This document shows positions 39,654 to 55,611 of a stretch of 64,000 bases of DNA, one piece after another. Numbering within the stretch: position 1 is the stretch's first letter; every line of letters begins with the position of its first letter. A program made the position numbers and the translations under genes. Source of the DNA: Vicugna vicugna (lineage: Eukaryota); NCBI GenBank assembly GCA_013265495.1, contig MU058687.1, forward strand, positions 2,606,001-2,670,000, in the 5' to 3' direction. The notes under the pieces are model-generated. The model was not told the origin of the DNA. It saw only the letters and a program-made list of their open reading frames with translations, and did not search any database.

Positions 39654-40149
39654 TGATTGCTGGTCAGAGCTGCATCTCCTGTTCTTTGTTGTTACTGAAA
39701 GTTCTGATTAGAAAAGTGATGTAAACAACACTTGAAATACTTTTTAAACGGAGCAAACACCTGAATGTGGGAAGTAAAACTTTAAAATGATTAGAAGAAC
39801 ATGTAGAGAAATAACTTGCTGACTTCAGTGGATTATTAAACACGTACAGTGGGCAGAAACTGTAACAAAAACAATTCATTTACTTGACAACAATAAGTTT
39901 AAAACTTGTATAGGATAAAAGACATTATGGGGCAATGATGAAGGCAAGTAACAGATGTGTGCAGCATTTGTATGATATAAAAGATGACTGTTCAGAATAT
40001 TGAGAAAAGATCCTATTGATCAATTAAGCAGTGATAAATACTCCCACTAAAACAATGATCAAGACATATGGACGTTGACAAAAGAAAGTCACATGCCCAA
40101 ACTCTTTAGTAATTAGAAAAATGCAAAATAAAACAACAAAAAGCTCTTA

Positions 40150-40900
40150 TAGGCATGTAGATGTATTTAAACCATGTGTCAAGATGAGACCATCCAGGCA
40201 AGGAGTGCAGATAGACTTGAGTAAGTGGCCATCACACTGACCCCTGGGTCACTCCAACATTTTAAGGGGTCGCAGTGGAGGCGGAGAAGCTGGAGAGGGA
40301 GTGGTGAGTCAAATAGGAGGGAAAGTGAGTTATCAAGGAGCCATGTGAGGGAGTATTTCAAGAAGGGGGAAGTGGTCAGCTAGGTCCAGTACTTCTTAGA
40401 GGTCAGGTAAGATGAAGATAGAAAAGTGACTTAGCAACGTGGAAATAATTGGTGGCCTTGACAGGTGCTGTGTTCATAAAGTGGGTGAGTATGGAAACCC
40501 AACTGGAATGAGTTGAGTTGAAAATGGGATGCAAAGAAGTGGAAATGGGCACATTAGCCACTCCAGAAGCTCCACTGAGTCAAGGCTGGAACAGAAAGAC
40601 AGGTGGCTTAGAGTCCAGGAAGGTTTTTAAGGATGGAAAAGGCTGACAGAAAGAAAAGAAGAAGAAATTGATGATGTAGAAGGAGGAGATAATTAGAGGA
40701 GCCAAGTCCCTGAAAAGGCTGGAGGCAATGGCATCCAGAACAGAAATGGAGGGGACACCTCCGAGAGCAGGAGGGACTGATCCATCACTGAAAGAGGGAG
40801 GAGGCCAAGCGTGGCGTGGGGGCAGGTGGGTTGGCAGAGCGCATGCTGGGAGGGTGAAGCTCCCCTGCCTCACTGCTGCCGTTTTCTCAGTGAAGTAGAC
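40150..40900 (-). mobile_element. L2 LINE remnant (antisense)
   Basis: ccctgggtcactccaacattttaagg; gaggtcaggtaagatgaag; ttagcaacgtggaaataattggtggccttgacagg. Confidence 0.7.
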
Positions 40901-41152
40901 TCTCTGTCTTCAGCAGAGAGTCAGGTGCAGGCCGACAGACTCAAAGGGAGGATATAAGTATAAAACAGCATTTAGGAAGGGAGCAGCAAAGTGTAAAAGA
41001 ATTGTTGGGCAGTTTGAGTCTCCATCTGAAAACTAATTTTCAAACATTTTAAAACTCAATTTTAAAACATAAATTTAAAATGAGACAGACTACCTTCTGT
41101 GTGATACGGTCACCATCATAGTGTATTTGCAACTTTTAAAAATGTGTATTAT

Positions 41153-41270
41153 ACGGGGGAGGATGTAGCTCAGTAGTAGAGGGCATGCCTAGCATGCACA
41201 AGGTCCTGGGTTCAATCCCCAGCACCTCCTGTTAAATAAATAAGCCAAATTACCTCCTCCCCCCACAAAA
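41153..41270 (+). mobile_element. tRNA-derived SINE (camelid Vic-1-like) with 15-bp TSD
   Basis: ggggaggatgtagctcagtagtagag (A box)...gggttcaatcccc (B box), A-rich tail; TSD aaaaatgtgtattat at 41138-41152 and 41271-41285 at a TTTT/AA site. Confidence 0.88.
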
Positions 41271-42562
41271 AAAAATGTGTATTATTATTAAAGCTACCAA
41301 GTATCAAATGATTACTCTAGGACAGACATCACGCTAGGCTTTTCACATCCATCCTCACAAAAACCCTTGTACAGGTTAACATGTCCCTTTGACAGATGAG
41401 AAAATATAAGTAATCTGCCCAGGGTCACACAGCTAGTAAGTGTTGAGGACAGAATTAAAAATAAAATTAAAATTTTGTGGCCATTTAAGAGATGAAGGCA
41501 TGCAGTATAATTTAAGTGAGGGGCTTGGCAGAGAAGAGGGAAGAGAAGTAAGAAAAGAATGAAGGAGACAGGGAGGGAGAGAGAATGAAGGCAGGAGAAA
41601 AGTTTGTCCTCAAAATAATAGAAGGTGTTGTGCCCTTTACTGGAAGTCTGTCCTGGTGGTTGACGCAAGAGAGACATCAGTACAGAGTGCTCTGTCCACA
41701 GAAAGTAAAATAGAATAAGACATTTTTTCTGGGCCTGAGGGTTGGAGGCGATTCCTCCCACTCAGCTAAGAGGGCTTTAGTCTCTCCTTCCGACGGTGTC
41801 CTCAGCACATGCGCCCTCCCCAGATAAAAATGACAACAATAACGCGTCTAAATAGGTTGCCTTCCCAACCCTGCGTAGCATGTGGGCCAAAGCAGCTTTA
41901 AGTTTAAAAAGAGGTACAATTCCTGTGCAAACTCGACTTCTAGACAAGCCTGAGGCCTCCCCTCTTCCACCTGATTTTGTCCCTGGATGGAAATTCGGGG
42001 GCCACCATTTCCCATAGGTCTCCATGGAAAAGACATCATGTGATACAACACGCCAAGCCCCTCACAGTCGCCCTATATAAATACAACCCCTGTTTCCTGT
42101 GCTATCTCCATCTTCTTTAATGGTTGTGTAATTTTCCACCAGATGGATATTTATATGCTCCACCTTTCCCCTGTGAGTCTCAAACCTTACGTTTATAGGT
42201 GACGCCATGGTAAATGTTTACAAGCACAAAGCTCTTCCCATATCCTGTACTGTCTCCTTAGAAAGAGTCGCAGAGGGTGATATTGCTGTGTGATGAACAT
42301 ATTTCAATAGGAAACTCTCTGGGACCAGATAGTATTTGCAGAATAGACTATACCGTTTGCTGGCCACCTGCAATATATGAGTATTTTACTACATCGTTGC
42401 CAGCATTGGGAATCCTTTTGTGATTTTAGGTTTAAATGAGTAACTGACAAATTATTACCTCGGTGTTTTGCTCTGCATGAGGATGGAGCGATCCTTACCC
42501 CCAGTGTTGTGGGTGTCTGCCAGCTCTGAGAGTGGGTTCTCTGGGGGTGTGGGGGTTGCTGA

Positions 42563-42736
<174 letters not shown>

Positions 42737-43075
42737 TGAACCTCTTCCCTGTAGTCACCGTGGATGAGGGCAGACTGAGCTCTCATCAAGTGATCATCAC
42801 ATTGTTAGTCTACCTCCCACAACTCCTGGATGCACATTATTATTTAGTCTAGATCCTACCTGGGTAAATTCACCCTGCCAGGGTCTAGTTGGCATCTCTG
42901 GGGGTCCTTCAAGAGGGCAGTTTAACTAGACGTTAGGAAAGGACCTGAGCCCAAAGGGAATGAGCCTCAAGAGTACTTGAGATTCTGAGCCCAGCTGGGA
43001 TGGATCTGGAAAGATCTGGTGGATCGCTCTTCTGGGGACCACTGAGCACCCAGTCTGGATGCCAGCAGGGGGTAA

Positions 43076-43530
<455 letters not shown>

Positions 43531-45390
43531 TGTGGTTGGGGCAGCAGAACGATGGGGCTGAGTGTTGCTGCAGGGAAAATCTACCTTGTGCTTTACATGT
43601 GTGGAAATCCTTGGCCATATTCCTGCTATAAATCCAGTGTCACCCTCTGCTCTCACCAGGTGCGTGGTCTTCCTTCCTCCCATCTGGATCTCCTCCAGAT
43701 TCTTTCCACACTGCAGTGGCCAGAGTGTGCGTTTTGAGCATAAACCTGCCTTCCATCCACACCCCAATCTGCTCTCCTCCCACTTAAACCTTCCACAACT
43801 GCCATTGCTCAAATCCAGTTCTCTCACCCCATGTACTTCTCCAGCCTTGGTTTACCACCTGCTCTCCTTTGCGCTCCGGCCACGGCCTCAGGGTCTTCTT
43901 TCATCCCCTTTCCCACCAAAGCTTTGCCCAAGCTGCTTCCTCCCCCGCTGTTCCCTCCACAGGCCTCAGAGCACAGCTGGAGCAGCGATTCCTCAGGGAC
44001 ATGCCGGGACCTGTAGACCCTGTCCCCCTTCACCCAGAACTCACCTGAGTCTTTCCTTACACTCTCATTTGGGTGACTTTGACTATCTGTCACCATCTAT
44101 GCGAAAGCTCCATGAGAACAAAGACGTGTTTGGTTTTGCCCGTTATTATTATACTCCTGGTACCCAGAGAGTCCTGGGCGTGTAGTAGATGCCCAATGAA
44201 TATTAAGTGGATGAATGAATACCTATTTCATTTTTAATTTATCTGCTTATAGAAGCTAATTTATAACATAGAAGCTCTTGGGAAGTTGGGAAACACATGA
44301 AAGATGAGGACTTCTGTTAACAAGTCCCCTTTCTGGGGCTCCTAACACAAGCCAGGTCCCATTTCAAGCGATTTGCCTCCTAACTGCCCAATCTTACAAA
44401 GCAGGCTCCATTAGCCCCACTTGTCAGATGAGAAAACTGAGGCTGCATGACTTGTTAGGCCATGCAGCTAGCAAGGGGCAGGGAGAGGTCAGCTCTACCT
44501 GGCTTTCTACTGCAGCTCCAGCTCCCACAAGATGTGGGGGTGACTCCGAGGGGACCACAGACACAGGAGTGTTGGAAGAAGAATGGGAGGTAGGAACCAG
44601 TGACAATGAGCTGGCTTTCAAGAGGACAAGCACCTGAGAGCTGCTGAGGTGACAAGAGAGAGTCAGATTCCAACCAAGGGAGGGAGGGTGGTGACAGCAG
44701 ACCAGACCAGGTGCCATCTATGATGGGGGAGCAGAGAGTCCGGCCTGGCTGGAAGTGCACCAGGTGTAACTCAGAGAAGAGGGACTGACCCAACCTGCAA
44801 AGGGTTCAGCCTCAGTGTCCAATGAAGCCAAGGAAAGTTCAGAGAATCTGAATCTTAAAAAGGCTAACAACCTGCCTCAGCAAAATGGCATCAGGTGTTG
44901 TCTCTGGTTAGCGAGATACAGGCGATTTTAACATTTTTCCCTACCTCTTTTTAAATTTTTCTGCATTTACCACATATTTTATCTTCATCTTAATATATTT
45001 TAGCTTTTAAAAATGTTTTAAAGATGAAAGGAAAAAAGCTTAAAATGTAACTCTTAGTTGGACCAGAGGTGGAAGACTTAATCAATTTGCCACTGGAATT
45101 ATCTCTTGTTCACAGCCAGCCCCACCCAGCCCTCCTTTCCCTGACCTTGGAAAAATAAGGAATTCTCTCCAGAAATGAGTCAAACAAGAGTCTAGTTGCT
45201 AAGCCCTTTGAGGGCAGGGCTCCAGGCTGATTTTTCTCACTGGAGTATGTCAGAGTCTGGGAAATGCCAGAAACATACTAGATATTCAATAAAGGTTCAG
45301 CCTGCCTCGTCAGGAAACCATCAGCGGAGAGCCTTCAGTAGTAACAACTCACATTCACTGGCTGCTTACTATGCGCCGTGTTCTGTCTCT

Positions 45391-45470
45391 TTTAATGGAG
45401 GTACTGGGGATTGAACCCAGGACCTCGTGCACGCTAAGCATGCGCTCTAGCACTGAGCTATTTCCCTCCC
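45391..45470 (-). mobile_element. tRNA-derived SINE (Vic-1-like), inserted in a MIR
   Basis: Reverse complement reads gggagggaaatagctcagtgctagagcgcatgcttagcgtgcacgaggtcctgggttcaatccccagtacctcc; same family as the 41153 copy. Confidence 0.85.
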
Positions 45471-46168
45471 TTTGCCATGCTCTCTTTTGAATGCTTTGCT
45501 TGATGTCATTTATTGACTCTGCAGAGCAGCCCTCAGCAATAGGTACATGGTGGTCAGGGAATTAACTCAAGGCCAGAAAGCTGGTAAGCAGAGCCCCTGG
45601 GCTGCGTGCTCCCTGCTGTTTGCCTCTACACCACATCTCAGTGGCTCCCAGTGCCGTTGGGATAATGTCCTGAGTACTTAGCTAAACCCTCAGGGTCCTG
45701 TGTGATCCCACCCATCACAGCCTGTGGCCTTGCTCTCTCTGCATCTGCTCATGAAACATTTCCTTTTGCTCAAACACCTCTGCACCTTTGCACTCACCCA
45801 CCCGGGTCGTCTTTGGTTCATCTTATTCCCTCCTCTGGTCCTGCCCACCTTCTGCATACCTAACTAATCCCCATTAGTCCTGCAAGGCTTAGCTCAAGTG
45901 TCCCCTCCACCATATGGGATGCCCCTTTCCCCTTGCTCCTCCAGTACCAGTGGGTACCTCTGTCACTGCCATCATCGCCCTCTGATGTCATTTGCTTGTT
46001 TGTCTGTGTCCCTGTCTAGAGTGTAAGCTGAGGGCAGAGATCTTGTCATGTCTGCCTGTGCTTCCCTCAGTGCTTAACCCAGTGACTGGCACATGGCAGG
46101 CCCAAGAGATGTTATTTTGGATGGATGCATGCATGGATGAGCAGTGAGATGGACAAGTGGATGGATGA

Positions 46169-46768
<600 letters not shown>

Positions 46769-47073
46769 TAGAATGCTTCCAGAACCACAGGATTTTTAGT
46801 CAGAGTATTAAAACACGTACAAACTTGTGTTTCCATGTCATGACTCAGCCTACTCTACCCAGAGTAGCATTTGAGGGTAAAACAAAAAACTGTGATGGAG
46901 GAGGGGAGCCTGAGATGATGACTTCACTCCACCAGGTGCTCTTGCCTGAATCATCCTAGAGCTGGTGCTCACAGTATCCTCTGCTCATCTACTATTCTAT
47001 ACTCTTTTTTTAAATTCCAAAGCAATTTTATAGATGCCAGCTCATTCGATCCTACTCCGGGGGGTAGGTAGAG

Positions 47074-47541
47074 TGTATTTGTGACCTAGGACCACCAGAG
47101 CAAAGTACACAAACCAGGGGGCTTTAATGATAGAAATGTATTGTTTCCCAGTTCTGGAAGCGAGAAGTCCAAGGCCAAGGTATTGGTAGGGGTGGTTCCT
47201 CCAGAGGACTGTGAGGAAAAATGTGTTCCATGCTCCTATCCCCACTTCTGGTAGTCTGCTGGCAATCTTTGCTGTTCAGTCTTTTGCTCTGCCTATAGAA
47301 ACATCACCCTAATTTCTGCCTTCAGCCTCAGATGGCATTCTCCCTGTGTACATGTCTATGTCTGTGTCCATATGTCCCCTTTTTATAAGACCACCACTCA
47401 TATCCGATTGGGGTGAATGTCTCCGTTTTAGCTTGATCATCAGCAAAGACCCTGTTTCCCAATCGTCACAATCACAGGTACTGGGGGGTTAGGACTTCAG
47501 CATCTTTTGTGTGGGGGGGGATAAAATTGAACCCATAACAA
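47074..47541 (-). mobile_element. MaLR (MLT1-type) solo LTR
   Basis: agaaatgtattgtttcccagttctggaagcgagaagtccaagg...gggttaggacttcagcatc...aattgaacccataaca. Confidence 0.8.
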
Positions 47542-48878
47542 GTACTTTTCCTCATTTTCCCATTTTACATGTAAGGAGACTGAAACAGAGAGGTTAGGTC
47601 ACTTGCCCAGGACCACAAAGCAAGTGAGAAACACAGCAAGGAGTAGACCCAGGGCTTCTTCCTTCTACTGTAGCGTTCTGTAAAGGTACAGTGTTAAAGT
47701 CCTTTTACATTTGTTTAATGCCACACAGATATAATGTTTGGTTAAGATTTTAATACCTTACAGTTCCATCAGTGATGATATTTTGAATTTGAGACCCAAG
47801 CTTCTTGGAATTTAATAAGTAAAATGTGGACTTATATTTGCCACAGATCATAAAACATTGTAACAACATACCTGCTTTTCTTTTCACTGTGTTCCCTCAC
47901 CCCCTTCTCCTTGCCCTAGTCTCCTTCTTGTGTTCGTGGGTCTTCCCTTCCGAGCCCCTCTCCCCACCCTCATCCTGTAGCCATGACCTGCACCCCGTGA
48001 TGCTGCCTTTGCCCCCACCCCACCCTGCCTCTGAGTCTCAGCCACAGGTCCAGATTTTGTTAGCACTCAGTTTTCCCCCACCTGTAGTGCAGGTTGGAAG
48101 GTATGAACCCCAGCACCACCTTGGGGTGTCTGAAGGGGTGTTAGCAATGGTGCTGTTTAGCCCCAAGACGTCATAGAAAGCCCTGAGCTGGGCTCACCCT
48201 GCCACTCAACCAGCCTACCAGAGCAAATAGGTCTGAATGGGCGTTTTCCTTCCCTCTTGTTAACGATGCCACCAGAACTCTAAGTGGTGTTGGAATCCCT
48301 CCCTTGTAGATGCTTCTAGAACTTTCTCTAGACTATCTACAAAGGAGAGGGAGGAAGTCTTCAGCCTTTAAGCATGAGTTCAGTGCTTTGGAAAGGCAAA
48401 ATGTTCTCAGAACCCCATCTGAGGAAGGAAGCAGGTCGATCACACTGATGGAGGCCAAGTTTGATCAAATGCAATTACACAGGACACGTGTTCTCCTGCA
48501 GCCTCTGCACCAGCTCTGAGGGCACTTCCACGAAGTGGGGGGGCGGGGGTCCCAGTGCCTTTTGAGCTGTGACAGGTTTGCTGGAATGAGGGATGCTCTG
48601 CCCAGGCCCCTGCTCTGAAGACAGCACTGGTGCAGAAACAGGTTTTCATGCCTTTGTCTGGGGACCATTCTCACAACCCCACAGCAGTGTCCCATCTGTC
48701 ACACCCAGACACCTATGCTTGACCTCCAAGAGCAGAGCTGAGCTGACAGTATGTGACAGGCCACCAGCGCCCAACTAGAACATCCAGTCAAAGTCACATG
48801 GGAAACTTACAAGTCAAACCACAAGCTCCAAAAAAGATGAACCATCCCCGTCTAGATGCAGCCAGCAGAACAAACTAG

Positions 48879-49175
<297 letters not shown>

Positions 49176-51348
49176 TGACCTTTGGCTCAGCTTCCCAGAG
49201 CCTCCCCTCCCCTGAGGGCGTCTGCACAAGCCTCTCTGGCAAGGAACGTCTCAGACGTGGAACGTTCCCTACGTCTGCCGGATCCCTCAGCAGTGCTTCC
49301 TGGCTGCCAGATGAAGCAGAAGGGGCTTGGAACAGGGTGGTTTCTACCATCCAGGCTCCTCCACTTGCTGCTGTTTGACCAAAGTGCCCTGTGCCTCAGT
49401 CTCCTCATCCGTAAAATGGGCATAATAATAGCACCCACCCCAACAGGGCTGCTGTGAAGATTAAAGTGTATAATATACGTGACGGGCTCAGAACAATGCC
49501 TGGCATATAATAAGCACACAATTAATGCAGGCTCTTTCTGATAGCTGGTAAGGATGCCAAGATGTCCTGACCTTATGCTGGCTTCAGCTAAAGAGGAACC
49601 CTCAAGTCTTCTATTCCAGTGGTCGTCTGACTCTGGCTCGAGTCTCAGATTATGTCTGGCTGCCACAGGAGGCAGATGTAACAGTGGAAGTAAAAACTCA
49701 GAGGATATTAGAGCTGGAAGAGGAGCGTTGGAGCTCCCCTGGTCTGATGGCCTCGCAGAGCAGCGACCAGCCCAGGCCTGGTGTTTGGAGCAGGTGGCGG
49801 GCATGCTGCAGGGCGCAAATAGGTTAGACCTGGGGCCAGCAGGGATAGTTCCCTGCAAATGCAGGCTCTGCTGGGTATGTGCCCCCAGGCTGCTTCCTGC
49901 CCCTGGTTGTTCTGCTCTGTGCCTTCATTTCCAGAACTAAATAGAAGAGCTCTTGCATGAAAGTTATCATTGTATGACAAGTTCTAGAAGGCAAAGCGGC
50001 ATCAAATATGTTACCAGTAAGATGACATCAGGTGGAAACAAGGGGAAACCTGTTTTGCAAGAAGAGCAGGAATGGAGTTATCTGATGCAAAGCGAGGGCC
50101 TCGCCCCCTTGTTTTAAAACAGTAGAGGAGAGGAATCGCAGAGGAGAGACCCAGCAGTAGTACAGTGTAAACCAGAGTCCTTCCTCTCTGGCACCCAACA
50201 ATCTGCTTGGGAAGATGGCACAGATGCAGTAATTTCTAATAGAAAGTGTCAGATGAGAAATAATAAACAAGTGACAAAGGTAGCAAATGCAATCCAAAAT
50301 AGAGGTCACGGCAGGACTGGGCACAGAAAAGGGTGCTTCCTGGCAGAGGTGGGGTTGGGCAAGGGCCCTGAAGAGCAGAAGGGATTCAGGTGAGAGGTCC
50401 TGGGAAGAGGATTCCCGCTGGCCAAGAAGCAGAGTGGGGGTCGCATGCTGTGCGTCTGGGGGATGGGAACCGAACCTCATGGCTCCCGTCTCACAGGGAC
50501 ACCTGGGAGTTAAGGCTGCAGGGGGAGGCTGGGGATGGATGTGGCAGTCCTCGGGTTTTAAGCTGAGAGTGGGCTTTGATTCCACAGGGAGTAGGGAGCC
50601 AGTGAGTGTTGCTGAGCAGGGGGTATGGGGTGAATCCAGTAGGACAGAGGGATGATTTTTCTGGCAACAGGTGGGGAAATGAACTGACAGAGGTAAATAT
50701 GAGAGTGGGGAAAACCAATGAGAACACGATTGTAGTATTCTCCATACAGAAGGATAACTTGGCTGAGAATGACAATGGAGGTGGAGGGGCAGACGTAGGA
50801 GATATCTTTACGGAGCATCTCCAGTGAGTGTGTGTGTATGTGAGTATGTGTGTGTGTGTGCGCGCGCTGGGAGAAGGGAGGTCTGTGGGGAAAGGAGAGA
50901 GCCAACGACAACCCGTAGTCTTTAAAGAGATGGTAACATTGCCAGTAGGGAACTCCGGTGGGGAAAGGGGCCACCCCTCGCCCTGCCCCCCTCTCTGGCC
51001 TCATCTCTCCTGTTCTCCCCCTTCATCTGCCACATTTCCTTCTGCTGGATCTCTCCCTGTTCCTTTTTGCATCAGTTCTCTCTTACCTTTAACTCCAGAT
51101 CCCTCCACCTGGAACAGCCTTCCTCCTGCCCTCTGTGTCTCACTCACTCCTCCTACTGTCTAGGTCTGCCCTCAGGAGTCACTTTTTCTTCGGGCAGCCC
51201 TTCCCACATTCCCTGGTCAGGAGTAAATGCCCTCAGCACGTGCTCCCGCAGCCCTTTGCCTCAGCCTCTCGCCACAGGACCCTGAACTACTTCAGGGCGG
51301 GAGCTACGTTGAGGCTTATCAGTAGCACCTACTGAAGTAATGGGCCCT

Positions 51349-51710
51349 TGTCCAAGTCAAGGTTCTTAGTTGCTGACCACAGAATCTACTCTACCTCGGT
51401 TGAGCCAGGAGGGATATATCACTGGAGATAGACCACAGAAACATTAGGAGGCTGAAGAAACAGACTCTAGGTTTAGAGTCCAGAAATGGCTCCCCAAACA
51501 CCCCAGTTGGGTTGCCAGGATGGCTGCTGCTTCTGCCTCGATTGGGAATCACCCACTGAATCAAGAAGTCACCCCTACAGCTGCCGGCGGCCTGCTCTCT
51601 CCAAATCAGATGGGCCACATGCATGCCTCACCCACGGGCTTGGCGAAACCCATCCCATTGCAACCCCAGCTTTGGTTGGGAAATGCTGATTTTTAGTTTT
51701 CAGGCCTCTG
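51349..51710 (-). mobile_element. Old MLT1-like LTR remnant
   Basis: gtcaaggttcttagttgctgaccacagaatc start and gggaaatgctgatttttag end resemble old MaLR LTRs. Confidence 0.5.
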
Positions 51711-52805
51711 TGTTACAGAGAGGTGTGGTATGAAGGAACGGGACTGGGTGTCGAGGGCTCAGCCACGCTCTCGGCCACAGCCCTCAGTGGCAGTTTGCAG
51801 AATTCAGCTGATTGAGGTTCACTCTGGACGTGCTGCTTTGTGGTACGGATGGGGTGTCAGCATGGACTTGGGAGCAGCTGTTAAGGAGGCAGCACTGGAA
51901 ATGAAGGTTTGCAATTCACCCAGGAGTGAGGGGTGGGGTAGGCAGTGCACAGCAGAGAGGGAAATGGGGGGACAGAAGAGCAGGGGCCAGGCACTGACCC
52001 CTGAGGAGGTCCTCTGTGAGCAGGGGTGTCCACAGAAACATCTATCAATACAGCTGGGCCTTGCCCGTGGCCATTTGAGAGTGGGAGGAGAAGAGAAACA
52101 GAAAGATACTGAAAAGGGGCCCAAAAGATTATTTAATAATATTGGAAAGGAGTTCAGAATATATGAATACAGTGCATTTTATAAAACAGTGTGTACAGGA
52201 GAAAGATTGCTAGAGAGACAGGTAAATGGAAAAACACACAAGGTGTTACCTCTGGGTGGTGGGACTGGATTCATGGGTTGGGGTTATTTTTCATTTTCTC
52301 CTTTCTACTAATTCAAAACTACCTTACAATGTGAGTAGGTAAAATTTTTGAGACAAAAGCAATCAAATATTATTTTTAAAATATTCAAACACAGTGCATC
52401 TCCATATAAGAATGTGTGTAAAACAGGGGCAATTCTACGAATTCTGGGAGACTCTCCTGCTGGTCACGCTGCATCGCTGTGTTTTGGTCTTTTGGTCTCT
52501 GAGCTAACAGCATCCCATCCACACCCACAGAGCACCGTCTCTGCTTGTCTTAGTGGAGGCAGCTTCAAAGCCAAACACTACATTGCAACATGATCCACGC
52601 GGTGGGAGTGTCTACTCCAGTCCTCCAAGGAGCGAATGGAGGGAGGACAGGGAGGGTCTGCTCAGTGCGGGTGGGGGCAAACACATAGGAACCATCCCGG
52701 CGTGAGGTTCTGCCAAGACTCGGTCTGCACAGAGTGCTCACAGATGGAGACCCTGTTCCAGCTCCTGAGTCTGCCTCCTCACACGCACCCCCCATCTCCC
52801 CTTAG

Positions 52806-53153
<348 letters not shown>

Positions 53154-53998
53154 TAGAGCTCCCTAGGACAGGCTGTGGGAAGCGCACCTCCTTTATCTAG
53201 ACCCCAGAGGACACCTAGGACCTCCCCCAATCGCCTGTTGAAGCCATTCTCTGCACTGCATGGCTGGATGCCACTGGGGACCTGAGGTGCCGTCTGAAGA
53301 CACGCGCTCTTCACCTTCTAGGTCTTTCTTCCCAGTGCATTTGGCTGCTGGGCAGATCTGAAAAGGGAGCGGGAGAAGAGACCACATCCCAAAGCCCCAG
53401 CACTTCACCTTTGGCCCCATCATCTCACCTGAGATCTCACGCTCCCCCCCCAATATGATGGAGGGGCTGAGGGCCCCCCTGAAATGCAAACGTGGAAAGA
53501 TCCATCACCAGAGCAGCCTGAGGAAGGACTGGGCCCTGCAAGAGTAGGATCTTGTGGGGGCCCAGGTTGGGGGTTAAGACCCTCAGCAGGGCACATGGTG
53601 AAGAGGACCAGTCAGGACTCAGTGGCAGGAAGGAAAGGATGAACTTCCTATGCTGCAGAGGAGCATTCTTTTCCACCCCCAGGGTGCCCACTCCACCTGG
53701 CTCCCCATCCCCTCCACCCCTGCTGCTCCCCAGAAACAGGACATGCTCTGGCGTCTCAGTGATGACCCATGGGCAGGAGGTTTCTTCCTGCCCTACATAT
53801 TGTGGGTTCAGTTTCCTCTGAGCCCTCGGTTGCCAGCTGTGGTACCTAGGGAAGTGAGGCGTTAGGTAGTGTGTGTGTGCGTGTGTGTGTGTGTGTGTCT
53901 GCGTGCACAGACATGCGCACATCCAAGTGCAGTGGGGGAGGCCTGAAGGCAGGGGAGCAGAGCTCCATTGACCTCTCATGTTCTATCCACCTCTTCAG

Positions 53999-54081
53999 CA
54001 AAACAAGGTCCCCATAAACCGGTACCAAGTCAGGGAGCTGATAAAGACGCTGGGTGAGAAGACAGACGTGGTGGACTTCAG
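53999..54081 (+). CDS. LRRC74A: LRRC74A coding exon 13
   Basis: ctcttcag|CAA, AG|gtcagt, 83 nt. Encodes QNKVPINRYQVRELIKTLGEKTDVVDF. Confidence 0.93.
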
Positions 54082-55574
54082 GTCAGTCCCCACCCTGTGG
54101 CCTGTCCCCATCTGGGCCACCCCTCTGGCCCAGGCAGGCCCCCAGTTCTCTCCAAGTCACTCTCCCTGGGTTGACCTGAGCTCCCAGGCACAACCTGGAG
54201 AAGACTGAAGGTGACACCCCGGACCAAATGGCTGGAGGTGTGAGGGGTGGTGGGGGTGTGAGCAGGTACCGTGGAGGCCCAAACAGGAAGCACCACTGGG
54301 GGAGGGGGTGTCGCACAGACAGGCAAGAGGACAGGGGATGGTAAGTCCCAAGTCCGAAGTGTGAGCCGACATGGTACCCTGGGGAGCCACAGGCCATTCA
54401 GCTCTGCGGGGCTTACGTGCTCAGGCAGGTTGTGACTTAGGCTGCATTCCTCGAAGGGATCTGAAAGGACCATGACAGTGGCAATAACGGCAACCAACGT
54501 CCACGAGCCCTTACCGCGTGCCAAGTACTCCGCCAGCCACCAAGCAGGTGCCTGAATTCTCACGGCCGCCAACAGCTAAAATAGTTTCAGCCCCATGCTG
54601 TGAATGATGAACAGAGCTTCCAGGAGGAAAGCACAGAGCTAAGATCCCCCAGCCAGAAAGGGGCAGCGGTGGCCTATGAAACCCAGATCTGTGGTTCCGG
54701 AACTCACTCCCCCGTGCTCGACCTCCTCACCAAGGCCGCAGGGCCCCGCCAGCCTGCGGGTTATCCCATCAGGCCCCTGTGTATTGTAGTATCTTTGTGT
54801 CTTGTAGATCCTTAAGGATGTTGGAGGAACCCCCCACCTAGTCCTGCCCCACAAGCCTTCTCCTAAAACCTCTGTTCTTGCCTGGATCAGCATCTCCTGT
54901 GTGGAGAAACCCAGCTGCAGACGCTGGTCGACCTAGTAAGGGTGCAGCCCTGCCCAGGGTTCCCAGTCTCTGAGCCTTTAGAATGGGACAATAATCACAG
55001 AGCCTAAGATTGTTTTATAAGTATCAAGAGGGGTCAACGCACATAATGGGCTGGCACGTGGGGCTGTCACTCAGAAGTGACACCATCGCCCAGCAAGACC
55101 CCCCCCCAGGGTGGCTCAGGCTTGCAGACCACCCCGGAGCCCACCCACTCTGTGCTGGTCACGCCCCGGTGCCCTGGACCTCCCCACCTGCCCTCCCTAA
55201 AGTGCCGCTAAGGTTCCTTGGGATGCTGGTGGGGAGGGCCCAGGGCGGAGGGACCCAGGTGCTTTCAGGATCAATCACAGGTGCATGTTTCCGTAGCTTT
55301 TCCCACGTACATGCAATTGAGTGTGTGTGTGTGTGTTCTATAGTTGTGAAAAGCATGGGTTCTGGGACCAGGCTACCTGAGTTCCAATCCCAGCTTCTGT
55401 GGAACCTTGGATAAGTTACCCAGCCTCTCCTTGCCTCAGCTTCCCCATCTGTATTAGGGGGCTAGTAATAGTACTCATGCCGCTGGGAGCTTTTGAGGAT
55501 TAAATGAGTTAATGCCTGTGGAGTATTTAGAATGCTTCCTGGCATGTGGTAGGCTCAGAGTATTGTTTTACCCT

Positions 55575-55577
<3 letters not shown>

Positions 55578-55610
<33 letters not shown>
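55578..55610. repeat. Perfect (CA)n microsatellite
   Basis: About 16 CA units. Confidence 0.95.

Positions 55611-55611
<1 letters not shown>

Noticed and set aside
40427..40439. RFX X-box-like GTGACTTAGCAAC
   Set aside because: It lies within an L2 remnant far from the promoter and is likely repeat-derived.
41153..41230. tRNA gene (also 45391-45470)
   Set aside because: A/B boxes are present, but the A-rich tail, TSD and degenerate stems indicate a tRNA-derived SINE.
49187..49858. 223-aa minus-strand ORF
   Set aside because: It crosses a MIR element in an intron and shows no recognisable homology.
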